Origin: Candidatus Eiseniibacteriota bacterium
GTDB lineage: Bacteria; Eisenbacteria; RBG-16-71-46; JABDJR01
Reading direction: 5' to 3'
NCBI GenBank assembly: GCA_942491735.1
Contig: CALOCN010000001.1
Coordinates: 1,030,071-1,094,070, forward strand
DNA length: 64,000 bases
Every line of letters starts with the position of its first letter. The stretch's first letter is position 1. The position numbers were made by a program, and so were the translations under genes. Positions 9,457 through 19,438 of the stretch are shown piece by piece. The notes below the pieces were generated by a model. The model was not told the DNA's origin. It searched no databases and worked only from the letters and a program-made list of their open reading frames with translations.

Positions 9457-11601
9457 GTGGTCGATCTCTCGATCGTCATCGTTTCCTACCGCACACCGGA
9501 GGTGTTGCGGGAGTGCCTGAAGGTGCTCACCACGGATACGGGGACACGCAGCCGCGAGATCCTGGTGGTGGACAACGACTCGGGAGACGAGAGCCCGGCC
9601 GTGGCCCGCTCCTTCGAGGGAGTCCGGGTCATCGAGACCGGTGACAACCTGGGATTTGCCGGCGGCGTCAATCGCGGACTGGCCGAGGCCGACGGCCGTT
9701 TCCTCCTCGTCCTCAACCCGGATATCGAGGTCCAGCCCGGCTCCCTGGACACCCTGATCGACTTCATGGAGGCGCACCCCGAGACCGGGATCGCCGCCCC
9801 CAAGCTGCTCAACACCGACGGCACCCTGCAGCACTCCTGCCGCCGCTTCTACACCCTGAGCACGATCATCCTGCGACGCTCCTTCCTGGGCCGGATCTTT
9901 CCCGATGCCGCGCCGCTGCGGCGGCACCTCATGTTGGACTACGACCACGAGACCCCGCGCGCGGTCGATTGGGTGGCCGGAGCGGCCATGCTGGTGCGTC
10001 GCGAGGCGCTGGACGATGTGGGTCCCATGGACGAGCGCTACTTCCTCTACTTCGAGGACGTGGACTGGTGCACCCGCATGCAGGCCCGCGGTTGGCTGGT
10101 GCACTACGTGCCGGACAGCGTCATGACCCACCATTGGCAACGGGCGAGCCGCACCCTGGGTCCGGCCGCGCGGCGCCACCTGCGCAGCGGGCTCCGCTTC
10201 TACGACCGCTGGGGCGGGTTCCTCCATGTGCTGCGGCAATCGGCCGGTGCGTGGCGGACCGGCGCCCTCGTGGCCCTGGACCTGTTGACCATCACCGCCG
10301 CGTTTCTCCTCGCCTTCCTCGCCCGTCAGCAGATGGCCTTCTGGCTCCAGAAACCGGTCTGGTCGCTCTCCTTCTACGGCAGCTTCTTCGCGGCGAGCGT
10401 GGTGGTGTACCTGGCCGGTTTCTCCATGCAGGGGCTGTACCGGGAAGTCCGCGAGGGGGACTGGGTGGATGTGGCCTTCAGGGTGATCAAGGGAGCGACC
10501 CTGGGCGCGTTGGTGCTGATGGCATCGACCTTCGTCCTGGACATGCGCTCCTACTCCCGCGCCATCGTGCTCGCCTCGTGGCCCCTGGCCGCCATGGGCG
10601 TGTTCCTCAACCGTCGCCTGGTCTACGCGCTCAGCGCGCGGGCGCGCCGCGAGCGGTGGAACCTGCGCCGGGTCGCCCTGATCGGCGAGGACCCGGCCAT
10701 GGATCGTCTGGAAGCCACGCTCCGGGAGAACACTGAGCTGGGCTGGGAACCGGTGCGGATTCGCCGCACTCCCTGGGTGGGTCTGCCGCCCCGGGACGCC
10801 GACGCGCTGCTCATCACCCTCCTGGCCCGGGAGCGGGTCACCGAAGTGGTGGTCAGCCCCACCGCGTTGGGTGTGGCCGAGGATGCCGTGGCCGAACGCA
10901 TTCTCCCGCTGCGCCGCGCCGGTCACGGGGTTCGTCTGGTCTCCAACTTCCTCTCCGCGCTGCCTCCGCGGGCCCGGGTGGAACGGATCGGTGACGTCAG
11001 CTGGCTCGCCCTGGAACGGCCCCGCCTGCAGCCCACCAAGACCAGCAAGCGGGTGCTGGATCTGGCGGGGGCCCTTGTGCTTGGTGGGTTGGGTCTCCTT
11101 CCCGTGTTGGCCCTGGGCGCGGCCCGTGGCCTCGCCCGGCGCGAGTTTCTGGAACCTGGGACCCCCTGGAAGGGTCGATGGGGGGAGACCCTGCGTGTCC
11201 GGCGGATTGCCGGCGGGGGTCGTCTCGCCGATTACCCCCTGCTGGGCGCCGTGCTGAGGGGGCGGCTCAGCCTGGTGGGACCACGTCCGCTGGCTCCGGG
11301 GGAAACGGTTCCCGGGGGAGACGCCTGGCTTCGGGTGCGTGAGCACCACCGTCCCGGTCTGGTGGGTCCCTGGTCGCTGGTCGCGACCCAGACCCCTGAA
11401 GAGGAGATGCAACAGGAACTTCGGTATCTCGAAGATTGGACTGCGGAACTCGATCTCAAGCTCCTGGCGCGGGTGGCACTTCGCCGCCCGGGAGGCGGTC
11501 ATGGCAGCGGGTCCAGTTCTCCCGCGCGTCGCACGGAGACCGCTCCCGATGGCCGACCCTCGGCCGCCCCGCGCAGTGCCCACCCCATGGGGACCTCCTG
11601 A
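9457..11601 (+). CDS. fusion protein: N-terminal GT2 glycosyltransferase + membrane region + C-terminal polyprenyl-phosphate sugar phosphotransferase (Bac_transf-like)
   Basis: GTG start; N-terminus IVIVSYRTPE...VVDNDSGD (GT2); central hydrophobic segments; C-terminal region with RVLDLAGALVLGGLGL and PGLVGPWSL resembling WbaP/WcaJ-type sugar transferases. Confidence 0.65.
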   Translation: MVDLSIVIVSYRTPEVLRECLKVLTTDTGTRSREILVVDNDSGDESPAVARSFEGVRVIETGDNLGFAGGVNRGLAEADGRFLLVLNPDIEVQPGSLDTLIDFMEAHPETGIAAPKLLNTDGTLQHSCRRFYTLSTIILRRSFLGRIFPDAAPLRRHLMLDYDHETPRAVDWVAGAAMLVRREALDDVGPMDERYFLYFEDVDWCTRMQARGWLVHYVPDSVMTHHWQRASRTLGPAARRHLRSGLRFYDRWGGFLHVLRQSAGAWRTGALVALDLLTITAAFLLAFLARQQMAFWLQKPVWSLSFYGSFFAASVVVYLAGFSMQGLYREVREGDWVDVAFRVIKGATLGALVLMASTFVLDMRSYSRAIVLASWPLAAMGVFLNRRLVYALSARARRERWNLRRVALIGEDPAMDRLEATLRENTELGWEPVRIRRTPWVGLPPRDADALLITLLARERVTEVVVSPTALGVAEDAVAERILPLRRAGHGVRLVSNFLSALPPRARVERIGDVSWLALERPRLQPTKTSKRVLDLAGALVLGGLGLLPVLALGAARGLARREFLEPGTPWKGRWGETLRVRRIAGGGRLADYPLLGAVLRGRLSLVGPRPLAPGETVPGGDAWLRVREHHRPGLVGPWSLVATQTPEEEMQQELRYLEDWTAELDLKLLARVALRRPGGGHGSGSSSPARRTETAPDGRPSAAPRSAHPMGTS

Positions 11602-13874
11602 TGCATCACACTCCACGACACGGTCGGCTTCTCCCGGCCGTCCTGGCCCTTCTCGCGATTGCCGTCGCCCTCCCGCCGAACGTCCGGGCCCAGAACGCCG
11701 CCGACGCGTTTACCCCGTTCGTCGCCGCGTTCGACCTCACCGAGATCACCACCACCGGGGGCGTCCTGTGGATCGCCACCAACGGGGGGGGCGCGTTGCG
11801 TTTCGATCCCAACGGCGGCGGGTTCACCCAGTACCCCAAGTTGTTGGGCACCGGGCCGAGGGGCAACGACCTCGTCACCACCTGCGTCGATTCGGAGGGC
11901 CGGGTCTGGTTCGGCAGCGCCACCCGGGGTTTCACCTTCTTTGATCCGCAGACGCAGACCTGGGATCGCCGCTCGGAGGAATGGCCCGACCCACGGATCC
12001 GGGTCATCCGCTGCCTCGAGGAAGGGGTCTACATCGGCACCCAGGAGGGGCTCTCCCTGAAACCCACCGCCAACCGGACCGACATCTGTGCACCGGCCGA
12101 CCCCAGCTGCATTGTTCCCTCGTTCATCGTCAACGACTACGCCCTCCTGGACGAGAGTCTCTGGGTGGCGACCCGCGAGGGGTTGGGACGGTTCAGCGAG
12201 GGGACGTGGGACTCGCTGAACACGCTGCCGGTCGGGTCCCAGGGGCAGAACTCGCTCTCGCTGGTCACCTTCGAGGGGCAGCTCTGGGAAGCGGCGGAGT
12301 TCGCCGCCTCGACCGGGGCGGTGCGACGCCTGGTGGACGGGGCCTGGCAGGTGTTCGAGCTGCCGGCGCACAGGTTGCGCGTCCTCGACGGATCGCTCTA
12401 CGCCATCGCGGCCGGGGATCTGTTCCGCTGGGACGGTACCGCGTTCCAGCCCCTGTCCGAGCCGGTGGACGATGACATTCGCGACGTAGCTCTCCTGGAC
12501 GGTGTCTATTGGTTGACCACCGGCAACGGGTTGGTTTCCTGGAACGGCACCGCGGCCACGTCGACCCGCTTCGTTCCGCCCGGGTTGGGGCTGGGGGGGG
12601 AGTTCCAGGCCCTCACCGTGGACAGCAAGGGGACGGTGTGGGCCGGCACCATCGGGAACCGGATCGGCATTGCCTCCCGGACCCGAACCGGCGAGTGGGA
12701 CACGATCCTGCCGGGAGCGAGCGGCCTGGAGAACGAGTGGATCTTCCAGCTGTATGCCGACAGTGGGGATCGGTTGTGGATCGGACACTGCTGTTGTCCC
12801 GAGGGACGCTGCCGACTCGAGGTGGATTGTGCCGGCGGCATCGGGAGTATCGCCACCTACCGCAACGGGTGGGCGTTCGCCGAGGACAACGCCCGCCGCA
12901 TGTGGGTGGGGACGGATCAACTCGGCGCGTTGGTCTTCCGGCGCACCACGGACTGTTCCTGGGAGCTCGAGGATCAACTGACCGCCTCGGACCCCGCCGG
13001 CGTCATGTCTTCCAACAGCGTGCGCGCCATCGCGGTCACCGGGGAAGGCACCTACTTCGGCCACCTGCAGAACGGGCTCGACTACTGGCCGCACCGCGGC
13101 AACCTGAGCACGGGGCGGGACGGGTCGAACTGGATCCATGTCGGAACCACCGGCTTCGGACTCCTCGACAACAACGTGGGCTCCATTGCCCTGGTGGGGG
13201 AGGATGCCTGGGTCGGCACCTCGAGCGGCCTGCACCGGTTCCGCGCCGGGGGTCTGGTGACCCGGTGTCCCTCGCGTATTCTCGACGACCTGGACGATCA
13301 GGCCCGTCGGGTCACCGCGGTCACCGTCGATCGGGACGGGAACCTCTGGGTGGGGACGGATTCGGGACTGCTGTTCCTGCGGCGCGGAGGAGCCTGTGAC
13401 GCGGGCGGCGGCGAGTTCCTGTCCTACACCCAGGACAACTCCGCACTCCCGGACAACAACGTGCTCTCGGCCACCCTCAACCCGGTGGATGGTTCGGTCT
13501 GGATGGGAACGTCCACCGGTCTGCTGCGGATTGACCCCGCCGTCTTCACCAGCGGAGGAGGGAGCGCACCGGACCAGTACGTGCTCTATCCGAACCCCGT
13601 CGATCTGACCCGGGTCGGGGCGCGGGTGAGTCTGGGACTGGAGTCCGGCGGCTCCGTGGATCGCGTTCCCCTGGCCGATGCCCAGCAGCCGGAGGTCCTC
13701 GACATGGCGGGTCAGGCGGTGGGCCGGTTCGATACCTTCATGGATGGCGGCGACGAGGGTTGGGTGTGGAACGGGAAGAACCTGACCGGGAGCGTGGTCG
13801 CCCCGGGACTCTATTTCGTGCGAACGCAGGTCGGAGGACAGACGGTGGTGCTCAAGCTCGGGGTAGTGCGATGA
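11601..13874 (+). CDS. secreted beta-propeller protein (two-component-regulator-propeller-like repeats) with C-terminal FlgD-Ig/T9SS-like domain
   Basis: Internal ATG 11601 (overlaps upstream stop, TGATG); signal-peptide-like MHHTPRHGRLLPAVLALLAIAVALPPNVRAQ; about 10 repeats of LW[IV]GT..GL..F type; C-terminal YPNP...WNGKN..G..V..GLYFV. Confidence 0.65.
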   Translation: MHHTPRHGRLLPAVLALLAIAVALPPNVRAQNAADAFTPFVAAFDLTEITTTGGVLWIATNGGGALRFDPNGGGFTQYPKLLGTGPRGNDLVTTCVDSEGRVWFGSATRGFTFFDPQTQTWDRRSEEWPDPRIRVIRCLEEGVYIGTQEGLSLKPTANRTDICAPADPSCIVPSFIVNDYALLDESLWVATREGLGRFSEGTWDSLNTLPVGSQGQNSLSLVTFEGQLWEAAEFAASTGAVRRLVDGAWQVFELPAHRLRVLDGSLYAIAAGDLFRWDGTAFQPLSEPVDDDIRDVALLDGVYWLTTGNGLVSWNGTAATSTRFVPPGLGLGGEFQALTVDSKGTVWAGTIGNRIGIASRTRTGEWDTILPGASGLENEWIFQLYADSGDRLWIGHCCCPEGRCRLEVDCAGGIGSIATYRNGWAFAEDNARRMWVGTDQLGALVFRRTTDCSWELEDQLTASDPAGVMSSNSVRAIAVTGEGTYFGHLQNGLDYWPHRGNLSTGRDGSNWIHVGTTGFGLLDNNVGSIALVGEDAWVGTSSGLHRFRAGGLVTRCPSRILDDLDDQARRVTAVTVDRDGNLWVGTDSGLLFLRRGGACDAGGGEFLSYTQDNSALPDNNVLSATLNPVDGSVWMGTSTGLLRIDPAVFTSGGGSAPDQYVLYPNPVDLTRVGARVSLGLESGGSVDRVPLADAQQPEVLDMAGQAVGRFDTFMDGGDEGWVWNGKNLTGSVVAPGLYFVRTQVGGQTVVLKLGVVR

Positions 13875-15325
13875 CTGAGAGTCGGGTCCTCATTGTCGGC
13901 GCGGGGAGCGCCGGGCGTATGACCCTGCGGGAGCTGCGCGCCCATCCGGAATCGGGAACGGTACCGGTCGGGTTCATCGACGATGGCGCCGCGCTGCACG
14001 GCACCGAGGTCGACGGCCTGCCGGTGCTGGGGGGACGCCAGGATCTCCCCGCCCATCTGGAGGCGACCGGCGCCGAGGGCATCCTCATCGCCCTTCCGTC
14101 GGTGCACGGAGCGGTGATCCGGGAGATCGTCGAGACCTGTCGTGAAGCGCGGATCCGCTTCACCATTGTCCCCGGGATCTGGGAGATCATCCGGGGCGAC
14201 GTGCACTTCGAGCACATCCGGCGTATCGAGCCCGAGGATCTGCTCGGTCGTCAGACCGTCGAGGCCGACGCCTCCGTCCTCACCCCGGCCTATCGCGGGA
14301 AGCGGATTCTCGTCACCGGCGCGGGCGGATCCATCGGACGCGAGCTGGCCCGTCAGGTGCTGGCCCTGGAACCGGAGCGGGTCACCCTGCTGGGCCGGGG
14401 GGAGAACAGCCTCTTCGAGAGCGAGCTGCACCTGCGCCCGCATGCCGGACGCACGCCGGTAAACCTGGCCCTGGTCGACGTGCGCGACGTGGCCGCGGTG
14501 ACGCGCACCCTGGCCTCGGTGAAGCCGGACATCGTGCTTCATGCCGCCGCCCACAAGCACGTGACCTTCATGGAGCGCCACCCGGAAGAGGCCATCCTCA
14601 ACAACGTGATCGCCACCCGCAATCTCGTCGTCGCGGCCGAGGCGGCCGGGACCGAGCGCTTCGTCATGCTCTCCACCGACAAGGCGGTGAACCCGCGCAG
14701 TGTCATGGGCGCCTCCAAGCGGGTCGCGGAGCTGGTCCTGGGGGACCGCACCCGTCAGGGCTCCCCGGTGCGTCTCATGGCGGTGCGGTTCGGCAACGTG
14801 CTGGGTAGCCGGGGGTCGGTGGTCCCGCTCTTCCAGCATCAGATCGCCCGGGGAGGGCCGGTCACCGTGTCCCATCAGGACGTGGCCCGCTACTTCATGA
14901 CGGTGAGCGAGGCGGCCATGCTGGTTCTGGAAGCGGGCGCACTGGGAGACGGGGGCGAGGTGTTCATCCTCGACATGGGCGAGCAGCTCTCCATCCTGGA
15001 GTTGGCGCGGGATCTCATCGTGCTTTCGGGCAAGCGGCCCGAGACCGACATCCCGGTGGTCATTACCGGTCTTCAGACCGGCGAGAAACTCCGCGAGGAG
15101 CTGGTCCACGACTTCGAGGAACTGGCTCCCACCCGTCTGGCCAAGATTTCCGCCGCCCGGCGCCGCGAGGGCTCCGATCCCGACCTGTCCCGGGCCCTGG
15201 AAGAGCTGGAGTCGCTGGCGTTGAACGCCGATCGCCGGGGCATCGTCCATGCGCTGACCGCGTTGCTCCCCGAAGCCGAACTGGTACTCCCCGACAAGCC
15301 GGTCGCCGCGGACAGCGACGCCTGA
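13871..15325 (+). CDS. polysaccharide biosynthesis protein CapD/PglF/WbpM family (nucleotide-sugar 4,6-dehydratase), soluble form
   Basis: Internal ATG 13871 (ATGA overlap); two Rossmann-like regions (VGAGSAG, TGAGGSIG) and FGNVLGSRGSV motif. Confidence 0.8.
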   Translation: MTESRVLIVGAGSAGRMTLRELRAHPESGTVPVGFIDDGAALHGTEVDGLPVLGGRQDLPAHLEATGAEGILIALPSVHGAVIREIVETCREARIRFTIVPGIWEIIRGDVHFEHIRRIEPEDLLGRQTVEADASVLTPAYRGKRILVTGAGGSIGRELARQVLALEPERVTLLGRGENSLFESELHLRPHAGRTPVNLALVDVRDVAAVTRTLASVKPDIVLHAAAHKHVTFMERHPEEAILNNVIATRNLVVAAEAAGTERFVMLSTDKAVNPRSVMGASKRVAELVLGDRTRQGSPVRLMAVRFGNVLGSRGSVVPLFQHQIARGGPVTVSHQDVARYFMTVSEAAMLVLEAGALGDGGEVFILDMGEQLSILELARDLIVLSGKRPETDIPVVITGLQTGEKLREELVHDFEELAPTRLAKISAARRREGSDPDLSRALEELESLALNADRRGIVHALTALLPEAELVLPDKPVAADSDA

Positions 15326-15333
15326 GCGGGGCG

Positions 15334-16311
15334 GTGGTGGACGTTCTGGACGCCGACGCGCCCCCCGAGGGAATGGACGCGCTCTGGACCTCGGTGCCCG
15401 GGGCCACCCTGTTCCTGCAACCGAGATGGACCGAGACCCTTTCCCGCGCCTTTCCCGGGCTTCGGTCCCGTTATCTGATCGCCCGCGAGGGGAACCGCCT
15501 GACCGGCGTGTTGCCCTACACCCTCAAACGCAAGCTGGGTCTGGATCAGGTGCTTTCCTCCCCCTTCGGGACCCACGGGGGTCCGCTCACCGCCGACGGT
15601 CCCACCGCATCCCGTCTCGCCGAGGCGTTCCACAAGCGCGCCACCCGCCCCACCGTGGTCCGCTGCGAGCTCACCGTATTCGATCCCTCCTCGGAACTGA
15701 CCGAGGCCCTGCGCCCGTCCCTGGGCACGTGGTTCCAGGAGTTCCAGACCCACGTCATCGACCTCACCCCGGGGCACGAGGAACTCTGGCTTCACCGGTA
15801 TCGGCGCAACACCCGCAACTGTGTCCGGATGGCCGAACGGGCCGGGCTGCTCTACACGGTGGAGCGGGACGAGGCGGCGCTTGCCTTCCTCGCCCGTACC
15901 CACGCCGAACAGGCCGAGGCCTGGACCGGCATTCCTCCCGTCCCCCTGGAGGCGCTGCGGGTGGTGATGGACGCCTACGGTAATGACGCACGCATTCTGG
16001 TGGGACGCCGGGAGGGGGAGCCGGTGTGCGCCATTCTCATGCTGGAACAGTCGGGGCGGGAAACCCACGCCTGGGTCAGCGGAGCGGTGCCCGAAGCACG
16101 GCCCTTGCGCGCCTATCACGGGCTGATCGACGCCACCATCAAGGACGCCTGCTCCCGCGGGGTAGCCGCGTATCACTTCGGCGGAAGCGGTCGGAAGGAA
16201 AAGCTCGAGTTCTTCAAGGAGACCTTCGCCGCCAAACCGGTCCCCGTCTTGCGTTGCTTCCACATGGCGGGCTGGTTTCGCAGGCTCCGCCGGGGGCCGG
16301 CATGGGACTGA
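15334..16311 (+). CDS. FemAB-like / BioF2-like GNAT-fold acyl- or aminoacyl-transferase
   Basis: GTG start; by-eye resemblance to Acetyltransf_6/FemAB family proteins common in EPS loci. Confidence 0.55.
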   Translation: MVDVLDADAPPEGMDALWTSVPGATLFLQPRWTETLSRAFPGLRSRYLIAREGNRLTGVLPYTLKRKLGLDQVLSSPFGTHGGPLTADGPTASRLAEAFHKRATRPTVVRCELTVFDPSSELTEALRPSLGTWFQEFQTHVIDLTPGHEELWLHRYRRNTRNCVRMAERAGLLYTVERDEAALAFLARTHAEQAEAWTGIPPVPLEALRVVMDAYGNDARILVGRREGEPVCAILMLEQSGRETHAWVSGAVPEARPLRAYHGLIDATIKDACSRGVAAYHFGGSGRKEKLEFFKETFAAKPVPVLRCFHMAGWFRRLRRGPAWD

Positions 16312-17891
16312 GCCGGCTCCTGCCCCTGGCCCTGGTCCTGGTCGCCGTCCTGTTGGGGATCGTGCTCGTTGAGCCCTATCGCGCGGTCACGGTCGAGTTC
16401 GACGACGGACGCACCCTGTCCGTGGTGAACCCGGAACGTCTCAACCACACCTCGGACGTGTGGGACTACCTGCAGCTGGGACGCCGGTTGTTCGAGGGAT
16501 ACGGCTTCAGCAGCCGCTTCACCTATGTCCCGTTCCTGCCGGAGTCCGCCGCGTATCTGGAGGAGCATGACGCGTTCCCGCTCCTCTGGCGCCAACCCGG
16601 CTATCCGGCGCTGCTCGCCCTGGGCTACCGGTTGGCCGGGGGGCCGGACCCCAACGTCCTGCTGGCCCTGCAGCTCCTGTGGGTGATCCTGCTCCCCCTG
16701 GCCACGCTCTACCTGGCCCGCGCCCTGCTCCCGCCGGGAGGCGCCGCGCTGGCCGCCGGGCTCGCCCTGGCTTCGCCGCTCGTGCTGGGTGTACGGGAAC
16801 CCTTGGTGGCGACCACCTTCTTTGCCTGCTGGACCGCGCTCCTTTTCGGTACCGCGCTTCGGGTGCGGGGGCCCATGGGGGTGATCGGGTTGGGGCTGTT
16901 GATCGGGGTGGGGGCCTTGTTCCGCCAGGAGACCTGGCTTCTCGTTCCCGCACTGTTCACCGTGTGGTGGGTGCGAGGCGAGCGGGGGCGGGTGAGCGGG
17001 GTGGCCATCGCCGCGGTCACGGTCCTCCTCGTGCTGCTCCCCTGGATGGTTCGCACCGCGCAGATCACCGGGCACCCGTTCTACAACGCGGCGTCGCTGA
17101 TCTACCACGACACCCCGTCCTTTCCCGGCTGGGCCGCCTCGCGCACCCTGGCCATCCGCGAAACGACCCCGCTCGCGTTCATCCTGGCCCATCCCCTCGA
17201 CATCCTGGCCAAGAGTGCGCTGAACCTGCTCCGGTTCGGCAGGGACCTGCTGCTGCTGCCGGGACCTGCCGCGGCCCTGTTCGCCTGGTGGTTCCTCATT
17301 CGTCCCCAGTCGACCCAACCGCGGGTTCGCGCGTACCGGTGGGGCTACCTGGTTGCCCTTGCCGTTCCGGTACTCGTACTGGCCCCCATGGAGTACGCCC
17401 CCCGTTTTCTCGCCCCCATGGTTCCCCTGGGGGCCACCGCGGCCGCCTTCGCCCTGTCCCGGATTCCCGGTCGGTCGCGTCTGTTGACCGTCGTGGTGCT
17501 CGTGGTGTCCCTGGTCGTGCTGGTCTCCGCGATTCGCAACCGACCGGTCCGGGGAACCGCTCCCGAGGCGATTCGCGACCTGCAGGAACTGGTGTTGCAG
17601 GTGGGGCCCCGCGCACTGGAGCCGGACCAGGTCGTGGTGAGCGATGCCCCGACCCTCTTTGCCTATCTCTGGGATCGGCCGGCAGTGTGGGCACCGGTGC
17701 CGTTGAGCATGCCGGCGGTTCGGGAACTGGTCCCGGTCCGGCTCGGTCTCCTCACCTGCACGGGCGGCATCTATGACGGTCTGCCCCCGGAACTCCTGGG
17801 GCGCTACGCGGCCTACGGCCGGGTGACCCCGCATGGGTGTCGGGCCTGGGTGGACTTCGCTGACCCGCCCGCGGAAGCGACCACCCCATGA
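16302..17891 (+). CDS. polytopic membrane protein, putative GT-C glycosyltransferase (ArnT/PMT-like)
   Basis: Internal ATG 16302; many hydrophobic segments; first-loop motif DVWDYLQLGRRLFEGYG resembling the D(E)xxYxxxAR motif of GT39/GT83 enzymes; assignment tentative. Confidence 0.4.
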   Translation: MGLSRLLPLALVLVAVLLGIVLVEPYRAVTVEFDDGRTLSVVNPERLNHTSDVWDYLQLGRRLFEGYGFSSRFTYVPFLPESAAYLEEHDAFPLLWRQPGYPALLALGYRLAGGPDPNVLLALQLLWVILLPLATLYLARALLPPGGAALAAGLALASPLVLGVREPLVATTFFACWTALLFGTALRVRGPMGVIGLGLLIGVGALFRQETWLLVPALFTVWWVRGERGRVSGVAIAAVTVLLVLLPWMVRTAQITGHPFYNAASLIYHDTPSFPGWAASRTLAIRETTPLAFILAHPLDILAKSALNLLRFGRDLLLLPGPAAALFAWWFLIRPQSTQPRVRAYRWGYLVALAVPVLVLAPMEYAPRFLAPMVPLGATAAAFALSRIPGRSRLLTVVVLVVSLVVLVSAIRNRPVRGTAPEAIRDLQELVLQVGPRALEPDQVVVSDAPTLFAYLWDRPAVWAPVPLSMPAVRELVPVRLGLLTCTGGIYDGLPPELLGRYAAYGRVTPHGCRAWVDFADPPAEATTP

Positions 17892-19438
17892 GCCGCATCC
17901 GCACCAACACCGCGGCCCTTACCGTGAGTTTCTTCGCCACCGCGGCGTTCTACTTCGTCCAGCTCAAGATCATCACCAATTTCCTCAGTCAGACGCAGGT
18001 GGGCGCGTGGACCGCGGTGACCGCGACCGCGCTCCTCCTCATTCCCTTTGCCGAATTGGGGATGGCCCAGGTCCTGGTGCGCTACGGCGCCAAGTACGAG
18101 GCCGAGGGACGCGCCGGTCGATTGGTGGGGTTGTTCGTGCTCTCGTTGAAGGTTCTCGCCGGGGGCGCGCTGGTCGCGGCGGGTGTCCTGCTCCTGACCG
18201 GCCCCTCCCTGGCCGAGTTCCTCGGGAAGGGGGATGAGGAGATCAACCGATGGCTGCTGTTGTTGGGCTTCGCCGCGCTGACCACCGGTTCGCTTCGCGC
18301 CCTGAACAACGCCGCCCTGAGAGGTCTGCGTCGCATGCCGGCCATGGCCGGGTTGGAGATCGGTTTCGGCGCGCTGGTCACGGTGGGTTACTTCCTCTTT
18401 CGTGACCGTCTGGATGTGGGCATGGTGTTCGTGCTCTGGGGTGCGGCGAGCCTCGGGGTCGCGGTGAGCGGCATGGTCTATCTGGTGCGACAGTTCCGCG
18501 CGCTCCCCCCCGATCCCGCGCCCGGAGGGATCCTGCGCGAAGTGCAGGGGTTCTGGCAGGGGGCGGCGACCGGCGGCATTTTCCTCATCGCCATCGAACA
18601 ACTCGACAAGCCCATCCTGGCCGGAATGGTCACCCTGGACCAGCTCGCCCTCTTCCATGTCGCGTCGCGGCTTGCGTTGTTCCCGAGGCGATTGGCCTAT
18701 GTTCCGCTCCAGGTGCTCTACCCGGAAATCACCCACAAGTGGGAGGGGCCCCGGCGTCACGAGTTGCGCGCGGACATGGAGTTGTTCACCAAGCTGATGC
18801 TGGGACTGGGGCTGGCCATGGTCGCGGTCCTGGCCGTCTTCGCCGAACCCCTGCTCCGTCTCAGCTCCAAACCCGAGTACGTGAGCGCAGCCCCGGTGCT
18901 GTGGATGTTCCTGGCCGTGCTGCCGCTCATCTCGCTGCATCAGCCCATGGTCGTCTTCCTGCGTGCCACCGGCATGGTCTGGTACGCCTTCGTGGCCGAG
19001 GCGGCGTGGCTCGTTTCCTACCTGGGAGTGGGGATGCTGCTCCTGTCCCGGTTCGGTCTTCCCGGTTTCGTGGGTGGGCAACTGGTCGCCTCGAGCCTGG
19101 TGCTGGTCTACCTCCTGTTCATCTTCCACCGCCTGGAACTGCCCCGTCCCACCGTGGTCTTCTACCTCAAGCGCTTCCTGGTTTCGACCTTGGTGTGGGT
19201 TCCCTCCGTGGCCATCGGTTCCCGCTTCACCCCGGAGACGATTCCCGCGGCCCTGGTTGCGGTGGTGGGTCTGCTGCTGGTGGGGAATCTGATGGTGGTG
19301 TTGGGCGGTTTCCTCACCCGGGACGAGGAGGACCGGACCCTGGCCATGTTGGCCGGCCGGGGTCGTCTGGGGAGCCTGATCGGATTCTTCTTCGCCTGGC
19401 CACGACGCTTGCTGGGCCTGCGGGGGACGAGCGGGTGA
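17888..19438 (+). CDS. Wzx-like flippase (MOP-superfamily polysaccharide biosynthesis protein)
   Basis: 516 aa, hydrophobic throughout with multiple predicted TM helices; ATG overlaps upstream stop (ATGA). Confidence 0.7.
   Translation: MSRIRTNTAALTVSFFATAAFYFVQLKIITNFLSQTQVGAWTAVTATALLLIPFAELGMAQVLVRYGAKYEAEGRAGRLVGLFVLSLKVLAGGALVAAGVLLLTGPSLAEFLGKGDEEINRWLLLLGFAALTTGSLRALNNAALRGLRRMPAMAGLEIGFGALVTVGYFLFRDRLDVGMVFVLWGAASLGVAVSGMVYLVRQFRALPPDPAPGGILREVQGFWQGAATGGIFLIAIEQLDKPILAGMVTLDQLALFHVASRLALFPRRLAYVPLQVLYPEITHKWEGPRRHELRADMELFTKLMLGLGLAMVAVLAVFAEPLLRLSSKPEYVSAAPVLWMFLAVLPLISLHQPMVVFLRATGMVWYAFVAEAAWLVSYLGVGMLLLSRFGLPGFVGGQLVASSLVLVYLLFIFHRLELPRPTVVFYLKRFLVSTLVWVPSVAIGSRFTPETIPAALVAVVGLLLVGNLMVVLGGFLTRDEEDRTLAMLAGRGRLGSLIGFFFAWPRRLLGLRGTSG

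Noticed and set aside
9388-11616. 742-aa minus-strand ORF
   Set aside because: Antisense to the GT2-phosphotransferase fusion; low-complexity composition
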